DNA from: a virus
Lineage: Duplodnaviria; Caudoviricetes
IMG/VR virus record: IMGVR_UViG_2912838376_000002
Span: 160,001-224,000 of that record
Length of the DNA stretch: 64,000 nt
Reading direction: 5' to 3' (one strand)
The position numbers and the translations under genes were made by a program. Below, in pieces: positions 18,461-27,700 of this stretch. How positions within the stretch are numbered: position 1 is the stretch's first letter; every line of letters starts with the position of its first letter. The notes under the pieces are model-generated. The model was given only the letters and a program-made list of their open reading frames with translations, made no database searches and was not told where the DNA came from.

Positions 18461-18535
18461 ATGGACGTCGTTAGTTCTACATTTGACTAAGGGGAGATAG
18501 TCAAAATCAAAATGGACGTCGGTAGTCCTATATTT
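18461..18535. repeat. Two 24-bp direct repeats flanking a hairpin
   Basis: ATGGACGTCGTTAGTTCTACATTT and ATGGACGTCGGTAGTCCTATATTT (21/24 identical) around TTTGACTA-AGGGGAGA-TAGTCAAA. Confidence 0.75.
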
Positions 18536-18562
18536 AAAAAAGGGGAGGGGAGTGATCCCCTC

Positions 18563-19075
18563 TTATAGTTGTGGTGCAGGTTGTACCACTGTTTGTTGTG
18601 GTTGTTGCATAGCCATCATAAATTGAGTCATCTGTTGCATCATTTGCTCCATGTTCTTCTCAAGAGCTTCAATACGAGAGTTGTCCTCTAAAGGAATCTC
18701 TACAGTAGTTGGTTGAGGTGGAACTAAAAAAGACGACACCTGTTGAGGAGTCATCCCTTGTTGTGGTTGCATAGGATTCTGTACCATTGGTTGCATACCA
18801 GGCATAGGCATGAACATGTTCGGTGCAGGTTCCGAAACAAACATATCTTTAATCTTAGAAACAATAGAACCACTGTTTCCTTGATAATGACGTTTCACTA
18901 AGTTCGCCATTTGACGTTGTTGTTCAGCTTGCAGGATACCATTAACATGTGCCATCTGAGCTTGTTGCATTAACTGGTTATAGTCGATACCTTTCTCTGC
19001 ACATAGTAATTGAGTCATCATATTGTTAGCTGCACCCTGTACGTCTGATTGAAATTGTCCATATAAGTTATTCAT
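18563..19075 (-). CDS. Q/M/P-rich low-complexity protein
   Basis: Amino-acid composition; short C-terminal coiled coil. Confidence 0.75.
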   Translation of the reverse strand: MNNLYGQFQSDVQGAANNMMTQLLCAEKGIDYNQLMQQAQMAHVNGILQAEQQRQMANLVKRHYQGNSGSIVSKIKDMFVSEPAPNMFMPMPGMQPMVQNPMQPQQGMTPQQVSSFLVPPQPTTVEIPLEDNSRIEALEKNMEQMMQQMTQFMMAMQQPQQTVVQPAPQL

Positions 19076-19127
19076 GATTAAATCTCCCCGTTCTAGTTAT
19101 TGTTAATACACAAAATGGGAGTAGGCG

Positions 19128-19643
19128 TTAGCCTACCCAAACAAAATCCTCGGTATCATTGCTGATTTGAGAAACCTTACCTTCATTGATATAGTCATTC
19201 AGGTTATCTACTTCAATTAAAATGTGTTCAATCTCATCCACTGTACGGAAAGACAACGCACCTTGATTGGCATTGTTCTTTAATACTTGGATAGCATATT
19301 CTGCTTTCTCACGATAAGATGTCCCGACTGGGGCAAAAGCATATATAGATTGACCATTGAAAATAATATCAGTCGGCTGTACAGGTTTACCTACGTGGTT
19401 ATACAACTTGACCGTAACGTTATCAACTGCAAGTTCACCTATGTTGAACGTCTTAATCTTTAAGTCATCAGCATATAGAATACCTTCTACTTGATTAACT
19501 CGTTCAAACTTAGATTCAACTTCTTTCTTTGTTGTACGAACAGTAGTATCACAAGCAGATTTAGCACCTATGATACAAATACGAATAAATAAAGCCAATG
19601 TTAATAACATCCCAACAAATAAAACCCAACCGTTACCTTCCAT
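19128..19643 (-). CDS. N-terminally membrane-anchored hypothetical protein
   Basis: Hydrophobic residues 6-26. Its TAA stop lies in the loop of the conserved hairpin at 19121-19136. Confidence 0.7.
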   Translation of the reverse strand: MEGNGWVLFVGMLLTLALFIRICIIGAKSACDTTVRTTKKEVESKFERVNQVEGILYADDLKIKTFNIGELAVDNVTVKLYNHVGKPVQPTDIIFNGQSIYAFAPVGTSYREKAEYAIQVLKNNANQGALSFRTVDEIEHILIEVDNLNDYINEGKVSQISNDTEDFVWVG

Positions 19644-19655
19644 GACGATCTCTCC

Positions 19656-20027
19656 TTAAATTGCAATAGTGTATGTGCCATAAGGATTGGTAGGTTGATC
19701 AGAATCTATAACAGAAACAATACTGATTATGATGTCACCTCCAACTCCTCTTAATGAACCAATGACAGAGATACATAGCTCTTTGTCAATTACGATAAAT
19801 CTCTCATCGTTATGTAAATCTAATATTTCATCAAACGCATTCTGAATCATCATTACGACTGCACTTTCAAATACAACACGGTGCTTACTGCGTTTAATAG
19901 AATGATAGGAATACTCAATCACTGTCGGTATGCCATCAATAGTGATGCAAATATCTTTATTGTTATCAATCTTACTTTCGAACTTTGTATAACCTTCGAA
20001 TAAGGTACTCATGAAATTTGACCTCAT
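19656..20027 (-). CDS. Hypothetical protein, possible RelE/BrnT-like fold
   Basis: YSYHSIKRSKHR resembles the H...R...R helix of DUF4258/BrnT-like proteins, followed by a beta meander. Confidence 0.4.
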   Translation of the reverse strand: MRSNFMSTLFEGYTKFESKIDNNKDICITIDGIPTVIEYSYHSIKRSKHRVVFESAVVMMIQNAFDEILDLHNDERFIVIDKELCISVIGSLRGVGGDIIISIVSVIDSDQPTNPYGTYTIAI

Positions 20028-20063
20028 CTTCCTATTTAATTGTGATAAAAAAAGAAGCAGGGA

Positions 20064-20438
20064 TTAAACCTGCTTCGTTAATGATTCAATATACTTTAAT
20101 ATCTGTGCTTTCAACTCATACTTGAGCTGAACATTCTCGTAGTATTGTACGTTACCCTGTGTTTCAAATGGAGTCTGTCCAGGTGTGACCAGATAAATTG
20201 TCCCTGGATTATTCTTTGATTCTGCAATAGTGACACGAATAGAGCCACTTACTAAATACAGAATGCAATTGCAGACAATACCGTGTGCTCTTTGTAAGTC
20301 GTTTGCAGGATACACCTTAATGTCGTTTAAACCTAATTCTTTGTTGTGTGTTCTTACTGGTACGTTTACTGTGCGGTACCAAACTGATTGTTGGATTTCT
20401 AACATGTTAAAATCTCTCCTTAAAATATATTTAGACAC
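20064..20438 (-). CDS. Paralog of the 21162-21866 core domain, SpoVG/PC4-like ssDNA/RNA-binding candidate (probable start 20405)
   Basis: Shares WYR..N..LG...I...PA...Q..HGI..N..L...GSI and Y.E...L....KAQIL with the 234-aa protein. Confidence 0.55.
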   Translation of the reverse strand: MSKYILRRDFNMLEIQQSVWYRTVNVPVRTHNKELGLNDIKVYPANDLQRAHGIVCNCILYLVSGSIRVTIAESKNNPGTIYLVTPGQTPFETQGNVQYYENVQLKYELKAQILKYIESLTKQV

Positions 20439-20568
20439 AAAAAAGGAAGAGGACGTTAGCCTCTTCGACGTTTACGTTGAGCTATGATATTGTCCGCTAC
20501 AGTTAATCGAATGCAAAGAAGTCTATCCTCTTTTGACATTGCTAACCATTCTCTAGTGTTAATCTTCA

Positions 20569-20859
20569 TTATGATAACTTCCTTTCGTCTACAGGCAAGA
20601 ACCCTATCACTGTAGAGTTCTGCCTGCCGTATTTGGCTATATATTCAAATGTGTGTTCCCGATTGTTGATTGTGCATGTTCCGACTAGTGTATACTCATT
20701 AGGAAGATTGAACTCCTCGATGTTCTTGAACACGACTTTTTCACTGCCACCATCTACGCGTAATACACGTAAGGGCATACTCTTTATATTTTTTTCTTTC
20801 TTTATTTGAAGACCATTCCATACATTGGACATCATGATGCCTTCAAAGCCTTTTTGCAT
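20569..20859 (-). CDS. Hypothetical protein
   Basis: 96-aa ORF coupled to the upstream gene (TAATG). Confidence 0.6.
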   Translation of the reverse strand: MQKGFEGIMMSNVWNGLQIKKEKNIKSMPLRVLRVDGGSEKVVFKNIEEFNLPNEYTLVGTCTINNREHTFEYIAKYGRQNSTVIGFLPVDERKLS

Positions 20860-21092
20860 TAAGCAACACCTCTGACCGCTTTATCTACTTCTGCATAATC
20901 AACCTCCATAAGACCAGCAATCATACGTGATGCTAGAAGACTTGCAGATTTAAGTACCTTCGTTACGCCATTACAGAAATAAGTGATTTCGATAATACCT
21001 TCCTCAATCTTTCTGGCTACTACAGCAACTAAACCTTTTGTTTCTTCTTTTGCAAGGTAAATAGAATTTTCGTTCGTTGAGATTTCTAACAT
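20859..21092 (-). CDS. Hypothetical protein
   Basis: 77-aa ORF with AGGTGAG RBS. Confidence 0.65.
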   Translation of the reverse strand: MLEISTNENSIYLAKEETKGLVAVVARKIEEGIIEITYFCNGVTKVLKSASLLASRMIAGLMEVDYAEVDKAVRGVA

Positions 21093-21161
21093 GATGGATT
21101 CTCACCTTTCGGATTTAAGTTTTTGTGTAAATAAAAAAGAGAAAAGGGGATGCCTTCTCTC

Positions 21162-21866
21162 TTAGATTGGTAACTCATCTTCTTTAATTTGTGGTTCAAC
21201 TTTATCTCCTGTTTCAACTGGTTGCTCTTCTTGAGCAGGCTGTACAGGTTGTTGTTGCTCCATATTTTGAGGTGCAGGTGGCGTATAAGCAGGAGCTTGT
21301 TGACCAAACTGCGGGAACTGCATTGGTTGCTGTTGCATAGGCATTTGCTGTTGCGGTTGCATACCAAATTGTTGTTGAGGTTGTTGCATTCCGAATTGTT
21401 GCTGTGGCATTTGTTGTTGCATAGGAACTTGTCCTGTCAACATCGCTTCAGCAAAACGAAGAATTTGAGCTTTAACTTGTGGAGTTAAGTTAATGTGCTC
21501 CCAATAGTTCTTCTGTCCTGATTGTGCATCTACTCCATTTTCAGTTGAGATAGTCTGTACGAATGGTGCTTGTGTACGAGGACTCATACGAACTTGGAAT
21601 GAAATACTACCAATAACAGAACGCAATAAACCATTGAACAAGATACCATGTGGCACTTGGTTAGCAGATGCAGGTTTTAATGAGATATTCTCAATACCTA
21701 ACTGCATATTGCTTGGTGCATTCGTTACACCATACAGATAACTACTATTTTGACGATACCAGAACGGGTCAGACTGTTTCTGTTGCTGTTGACCAAATTG
21801 TGGTTGTTGTCCATATTGCGGTTGTGCAAATTGTTGAGTTGTCATAATAAAATCTCTCCATTTCAT
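21162..21866 (-). CDS. Putative single-stranded nucleic-acid-binding protein with Q-rich linkers and acidic LPI tail (probable start 21845)
   Basis: Beta-rich core plus terminal helix, long Q/P/M linker and C-terminus EDELPI resembling the SSB tail DDLPF. Confidence 0.55.
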   Translation of the reverse strand: MKWRDFIMTTQQFAQPQYGQQPQFGQQQQKQSDPFWYRQNSSYLYGVTNAPSNMQLGIENISLKPASANQVPHGILFNGLLRSVIGSISFQVRMSPRTQAPFVQTISTENGVDAQSGQKNYWEHINLTPQVKAQILRFAEAMLTGQVPMQQQMPQQQFGMQQPQQQFGMQPQQQMPMQQQPMQFPQFGQQAPAYTPPAPQNMEQQQPVQPAQEEQPVETGDKVEPQIKEDELPI

Positions 21867-21884
21867 AATTAAAATTTTTAAATC

Positions 21885-22250
21885 AAAAAAGGTAGGGGAG
21901 TTAGCCCCTTAAGTAGTGCACTTAAACTTTTACCTACTCTATATTTAATTAGAGGAATTATTACCTCAAGAAAGGTAAAGGAGTTATCCTTTTGGGTACA
22001 GAACCAAACGCCCAGTTCTATATCCGAACTATTCTTTACATCACTTTCGGATAGGGCGTTAGCCCCTATCCATTACGAGGGCACGTCCAGTTAAAGATTT
22101 CCGCTCTACATTTCATAGGCGGAAGTATAGGCGTTAGCCTGAACGTTAGTGAGGGTGCGTTAGCACCTATACGGTTGACCAATGCGTTAGCAGTGGGCAA
22201 CAGCCCCGGCCGAAGGCCCGGGTAAATCCCGTCCTTATATCTACGTTCTT
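21885..22250 (-). ncRNA. Structured intergenic element with seven GTTA/UAAC-loop hairpins
   Basis: GC-rich non-coding segment between the helicase and SSB-like genes. Loops at 21900, 21983, 22058, 22133, 22145, 22159 and 22186 sit on stems of different sequence. Confidence 0.6.
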
Positions 22251-22303
22251 TATATAAACGCACATATAAAAACAGGAGCAGGGAAGAACCCCACTCCTAT
22301 AAA

Positions 22304-23701
22304 TCATCTTACAATTACTAAGTTTTCTACTGCTCGTGTAACTACAGTGTATAACCATCTGTTAGCATTCTTATATCCATCAACTCCACGATTAAATACT
22401 CCACTTTCATTAATTACATATACAGTCTTCCATTGTGAACCTTGAGATGAATGTCCAGTAATAACATATCCAAATTGAACTTCTACACCTATTGGAATCT
22501 CACGTTTTCCTTGAACTCTAAGCTCCTTGTTCTTCTTACGAATCTCAGAAGCTGTCTTTCTTTCAAACAATACATCCTCGTTTACTTCAATGTAACGATG
22601 CCCATCGAATGCTTCAGGAGTAAACTTGAACTTGATATTTCCATTGTTTAGTTTCTTAATTTCAGATACTGTGCCACGCATACCGTTAGTTACTTGAATT
22701 TCACCATTGTTACCACCATCAATATTCTCTTTGATTACAACAGTTTCACCATCCATAAGAACTGGTTCATTGAAGCCAAGGTGTGAACGAATAGCTTGGT
22801 TTAGACTTTGACGAGTCTTATTCATACCAGCAATCACAACACCACCATTAGCAACTACCTTTGCATATTGGGCAACAGATACTCTACTGCGGTTAACAAC
22901 AAATACTTTCCCACCAATGTTCTGATCTCTGTTAGGGAAGATGTAGGGTGTTCCATTTTCTGTAGCCTGACGAATAGCCATTGATAAAGCAACAATTGGA
23001 TTATCTGCAGCTTGGCGTAATACTTCAGTAAGGATTGCATCTGGATTAACAAAGAAGTACTCTTCATCTTTAACAGGAGGTAACTGACCAGGATCTCCAA
23101 CGATTAATACTTTGCATCCAGCTTTCTTAGCCATAGGAAGAATTTCCTCTGCCATACGTCTACCTGTCATAGAGAACTCATCACCAATGATTAGTCTTAC
23201 ACCGTATAAGTTTTCTGCAGAAGGAACAAAGCGAGTACGTCCATCTTTCATTAACTCAGGTACAAAGAATAGGCGATGTAGAGTAGAACAAGAATATCCA
23301 GGTGTCTTTTCTTTTAATACAAGTGAAGCAGTACCAGTTGGTGCACACATACGAACTTGGTCCGCTCTAATTCCAAGCTCCTCTAATATAAAATCAACAA
23401 CAGTAGATTTACCTACACCAGCGAATCCTGCTAATTCAAACTTTCCATAACCATGAGTAGTAGAGTACCATCTCTTAATCTTGCTAACTACCGATTGTTG
23501 ACTAGGTGTTAATACAATATCTCTTTTCTTCTTGCGTTTATTTGGTTGAACCGGTTCAGTAGTTTGATCTACATTGAATACAGGTTTAGGGCTATCTATA
23601 ATATCTTCTGCTACAGTTACAGCATCAACGGGATTAGTAACTGGCTTTTCCTTCTTTGTGTTTAAGTGTTTAATTAATTGGTTTGTTGTCATAATAGTCA
23701 T
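22304..23701 (-). CDS. SF1B (Dda/RecD-like) helicase
   Basis: GFAGVGKS, APTG, STLHR, DEFSM, GDPGQLPPV, LRQ, ITGHSSQGSQW and LYTVVTRA motifs. Confidence 0.9.
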   Translation of the reverse strand: MTIMTTNQLIKHLNTKKEKPVTNPVDAVTVAEDIIDSPKPVFNVDQTTEPVQPNKRKKKRDIVLTPSQQSVVSKIKRWYSTTHGYGKFELAGFAGVGKSTVVDFILEELGIRADQVRMCAPTGTASLVLKEKTPGYSCSTLHRLFFVPELMKDGRTRFVPSAENLYGVRLIIGDEFSMTGRRMAEEILPMAKKAGCKVLIVGDPGQLPPVKDEEYFFVNPDAILTEVLRQAADNPIVALSMAIRQATENGTPYIFPNRDQNIGGKVFVVNRSRVSVAQYAKVVANGGVVIAGMNKTRQSLNQAIRSHLGFNEPVLMDGETVVIKENIDGGNNGEIQVTNGMRGTVSEIKKLNNGNIKFKFTPEAFDGHRYIEVNEDVLFERKTASEIRKKNKELRVQGKREIPIGVEVQFGYVITGHSSQGSQWKTVYVINESGVFNRGVDGYKNANRWLYTVVTRAVENLVIVR

Positions 23702-23798
23702 ATCGAAATCTCTCCTTATAATTGGCTTTTTAGTTTTAAGTCTTTAATTTTTATCTGTCTATATAAAAGAAAAAGAGCAGGGAAGAATCCCCGCTCTG

Positions 23799-24695
23799 TT
23801 AAATCGGTAGAACGATGTCACCTAAGTCTAGAGTTGCAGCTTCTGGTTGTGTAGGTGGTTCTGGGTATTTAATTTCTGGAATAAGAATTGACTCATCAAA
23901 CATTGATGGTGCTGATACAATAGATTGAACTGGTCGAGCTTGTTTCACTTCTTCAACTACCTCTAAAATCTCCGCGTATAATCCAGTAAAAGTAGAGTTA
24001 GGAACATTCTTCTTTAAATGAGTTAATACACGAACAGTGTGACCCATATACTTTTCTAATTCAGCACGAATTGTTTTGTTCTCTCTATTGTCAGCAAGAG
24101 AACCGATAAATTGACCATCTTTATAAACAAGATAAGATGTTGTCATTGTTTCTTCATTTACCTCAACTTTTACATCCATAACACCTTCATCAACAGCTGC
24201 TTCTTTCATGTTCATGATTCCACACTCTTGTGCAATGTGAGACGCCTTTAAATCACAAGAAGATGCGAATGGACATCCTTTACATGGCTTATCAATACGA
24301 ACATATAAGTCATACTGTTTGTTACCAAGTACATATTCTTGTGGTGCAGGATCTTCTACGATATCTTCCACTACTGGTTGTGGAGGAATGAATGGTGCTG
24401 GCGTTTCATTTGTATGTTGTACAGCTTCCGCCGCTTGTTTCATTAAAGTTGGCATCATAGCATCTATTTGTTGTTGTACTAATGTATTAACATCTACAGA
24501 CTGTTCTTGTTGAACAGGTGTAGTATTTGATTGTTGCATCCAAGTTAAGCCTTGTTGTAAAGCTTGTGTTTGTTGATTAAGAGCCTGTGCTTGTTGGCTT
24601 AATGTGTTCATATACATTGCAAAGATTTCGTTGTTATTCATATTCATTTCTCTCCCTTTATCTGATAAAATAAAAGGGTAGCGGATTAACTCCAC
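23799..24695 (-). CDS. Q-rich protein with Cys cluster and possible HIRAN-like domain (probable start about 24647)
   Basis: N-terminal Q-rich helix, CKGCPFASSC...C cluster, VYKDGQFIGSL (HIRAN-like V....IG), tail GDIVLPI. Confidence 0.5.
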   Translation of the reverse strand: MELIRYPFILSDKGREMNMNNNEIFAMYMNTLSQQAQALNQQTQALQQGLTWMQQSNTTPVQQEQSVDVNTLVQQQIDAMMPTLMKQAAEAVQHTNETPAPFIPPQPVVEDIVEDPAPQEYVLGNKQYDLYVRIDKPCKGCPFASSCDLKASHIAQECGIMNMKEAAVDEGVMDVKVEVNEETMTTSYLVYKDGQFIGSLADNRENKTIRAELEKYMGHTVRVLTHLKKNVPNSTFTGLYAEILEVVEEVKQARPVQSIVSAPSMFDESILIPEIKYPEPPTQPEAATLDLGDIVLPI

Positions 24696-24718
24696 TACCC
24701 AAATGATTGTTTTAATTA

Positions 24719-27700
24719 TTAGAAGCGAACGATTGCAGTCGTTCCTTCTTCGCCAAATGCGATTTCTGTAACAGGGATTTCGTAGATACCAGCCATGCTG
24801 AAGTTTGTTGGAGCAAACCCCATGTATGCTGCATCTTCACGAGTAACTGTCATAGCGTCAGTAACTTGTGCATCTTTGTTTAAGAAGTACATTACAAGGC
24901 GAACAGAGTCTTGCTGTTGTTCTGGTTTAATCGCAACTCGCACGTTACGGTTAACAGAAACAGTTTTATTCGCTACTTTTGCAACCGGGTTCATAACACG
25001 AACTTTCACTTGGTTAGAAACTGCAGTTGGAGCTGCAACTTTCTCAACTAAGCTAGATTGTAAAAGAGTGAATGTAATATCTTGTGGAACGAAATAAGTC
25101 TCAGAAACTCGGCCAGAGATTAAAGAGTTCATTTCTTCCGCAAATACTTCGAATGGTAAAGCAATGAATCCGTTAGATGCTACGAAACGATATTCGCGGC
25201 CATCTTTACGGTAAGCAGCTTTACCATTTGTTTTTGCTTCATTAACTAATAGGTATAGAGCACCAACTAATTGACGAACATCTAAACCTAATTCTTTTGC
25301 AGTTGCATACATTTCTTTACGAAGTTCTGCTTTGTATAGGTCACGAGCCATTTTGTATTGAGATAATGTAGCATCGTAGTTAGCACGGATCTTAGCAGTC
25401 TTCTTCGCTTTAGTTAGAGATTGCATGTTTTTCTTACGGAATACACCAGCTTCTTTAAGCTCAGCTTCAGCTTGCATCATGAAGTCTTTCTCAGCAGCCG
25501 CGCGAACATTCTCTTTTTGAGTGTAAGCATTGTATAGGTTAGCAACATAGTACTTCACTGCATCAATTGATTGTGGAGCAACTTCCATGTGTGTAGCAAT
25601 ACGAGTACGAATCTCATTCTTAGCAGTATTGCTGTGACCTGTTTGGAACTTCTCACATAATGCTACGATAGCTTCTTCTGCATAGTTGAATACAAACTCA
25701 TAAGCGCTATCATTGTTAACTACACCAAACTCATCTTTCTGAGAAGCTAACCATTGTGGCTTCTTAACTTCGAAACCAGTGATTACAGCTTGACCAGACA
25801 TTTTATCTTGACGTACAATTGGGCTGAAGATGTGAGCGTAAATACCTTTTTCTTCAGCAAGTAATGCAAACTTAGCCTCATTTGTTAATTCTAATTCAGC
25901 TTCCTCAAAGAAACGACCTTCGAAGTTAGCGAATAGTTTGTTGATAAGAGGCATAGATAGGTAAGCACCACCGTGTTTAGGACGGTCAATTTCCCAACGA
26001 CCAGCAGTACATAAAGCAAGTAAGTCAGCTTCAACTTCCGCACGTTGAGCAGCATTTAATACTGAACGAGAAAGAAGGTCAGTTAAGATCATTGCACGGT
26101 TAGCAATTACACCGATTAAGCTTGCTTCAATTGTATCAACAGTGATTTGTTGAGATAGACCAGCAACTACTTCTAAGAAATCGTGACGGCGAGCAGTACC
26201 ATTCTCACCTTTTAATTCTTCTGGATTGAAGATTACATTGTTACCTTGAACGATAAATCCATTTACTTCTTTAGCTTCTGGTTTAGTTTCTTTAGCTTTA
26301 GCAGCTGCAGTTACATAAGTAGGACAACCTGTACCGAATTCAACAGCAACACCATTCTCGTATTTAACATAAGCATCAACGAATGGAAGTACAGCTTGAT
26401 TACCGTATAATTCAACTTCTTTACGGATACGAGCATTAACCATTAACTCATCAAAGATAATGATTGAAGTATCACCATCATGGTCAGCACCAGCTTGTTG
26501 TGCAACAACCCAAGAGAAAGCATCGAAGAACGTAATACCTTGCCATAAACCTTGTTCAACGAACTCAGCATACTCTGGAGATTGAACAGCAGTTACAACT
26601 GGAATCTCATGAGTAACTGTAACAGGGAAACGAACAGATAATGCTTTACCAGTTTCTAAGAAGAACTTGTCATCTTTCTTAGATGGAGCAACTACTTCAT
26701 AAGCACCTAATACAGCATCTTCTTTAGTTGCAGTGTAACGACCATCTTTCGCAGCATTGTAGATAGCGAATACATCTGTGAACATATAACGAGTACGAGC
26801 TTGAGTAGTGAATAGTTTAGAATCTAATAATTTGTTAAGCTTCTTAACTCCTAAACCAACAATCTCATCTTTAATGTATTGCTCATCAAGAATGTCACCA
26901 AACTCTTGAGCAAGACGTACATAATCAACCGCCGCAAATTCTGTTTCTGCTTCTTCTTCAGCAGCATTAAGCATTGTTAAGATATCAGAAGTCATTTTCT
27001 CTTCGATAGAATTCTTCACGAAATCAACGCTGTTTGTAACACCTTGTTTTAATTCTTCAACAGATAATCCCATTTGTTGTGTAGCTTGAGATGCAACCCA
27101 GATACCGTCGTTACCATCTTTACGTTGTCCAACTACGAATAATTGGAATCCGTTTTCTTGGATGTCAGCTAAGATATCTTCTGATTTCACCATACCATCA
27201 GTTAAGATGATATCAGCATTGAATAATTCACAGATTGGGTTGAACTCGAATGAAGCACCTTTAACTGCGTTAGAGATACGTAATTGGAATGCATCAAAGC
27301 TATTGATTACTCCTGCAGAACGTAAACCTTCAGTAACGCGTCGGTTGTGCCATCCTTGTCCATCTGTAAGGTTACGGAATAGAAGATCTTTAACAGCATC
27401 TTTGTTATCCCAGTTATTGAACTTCTCAACACCTACAAATGCATTGTCTTTATTTAATACGTTTAACATGAAGTCTTGATCCATTGCGATTTGAGCAGTG
27501 AAATCATCAACTAAAGCGATTGTGATTTTCTCACCATCGTTATTTGTTACTACGATGTAAGCTGGTTTAATTTCACCAATTACATTACGAGTTCCAGCAG
27601 GGAAGAACTCAACTGTGTGGTTGTGGCTGAATGTGCTTAGTAAACCTTTATCAGCTTTAAGACCATTAGAACCTGCTAACATGAAACGTTTGTAAGACTT

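Noticed and set aside
21086-21488. Alternative-frame ORFs over the Q-rich gene
   Set aside because: Shadow frames produced by CAA/CAG repeats.
21885-22250. tRNA, hammerhead ribozyme or canonical CRISPR array
   Set aside because: No cloverleaf with T-loop, no CUGANGA/GAAA core in a suitable arrangement, repeats too degenerate and no cas genes. Kept as an unclassified structured element.
22066-22358. Two short minus-strand ORFs (65 and 63 aa)
   Set aside because: They cross a terminator and the hairpin cluster, lack an RBS and have atypical codon usage.
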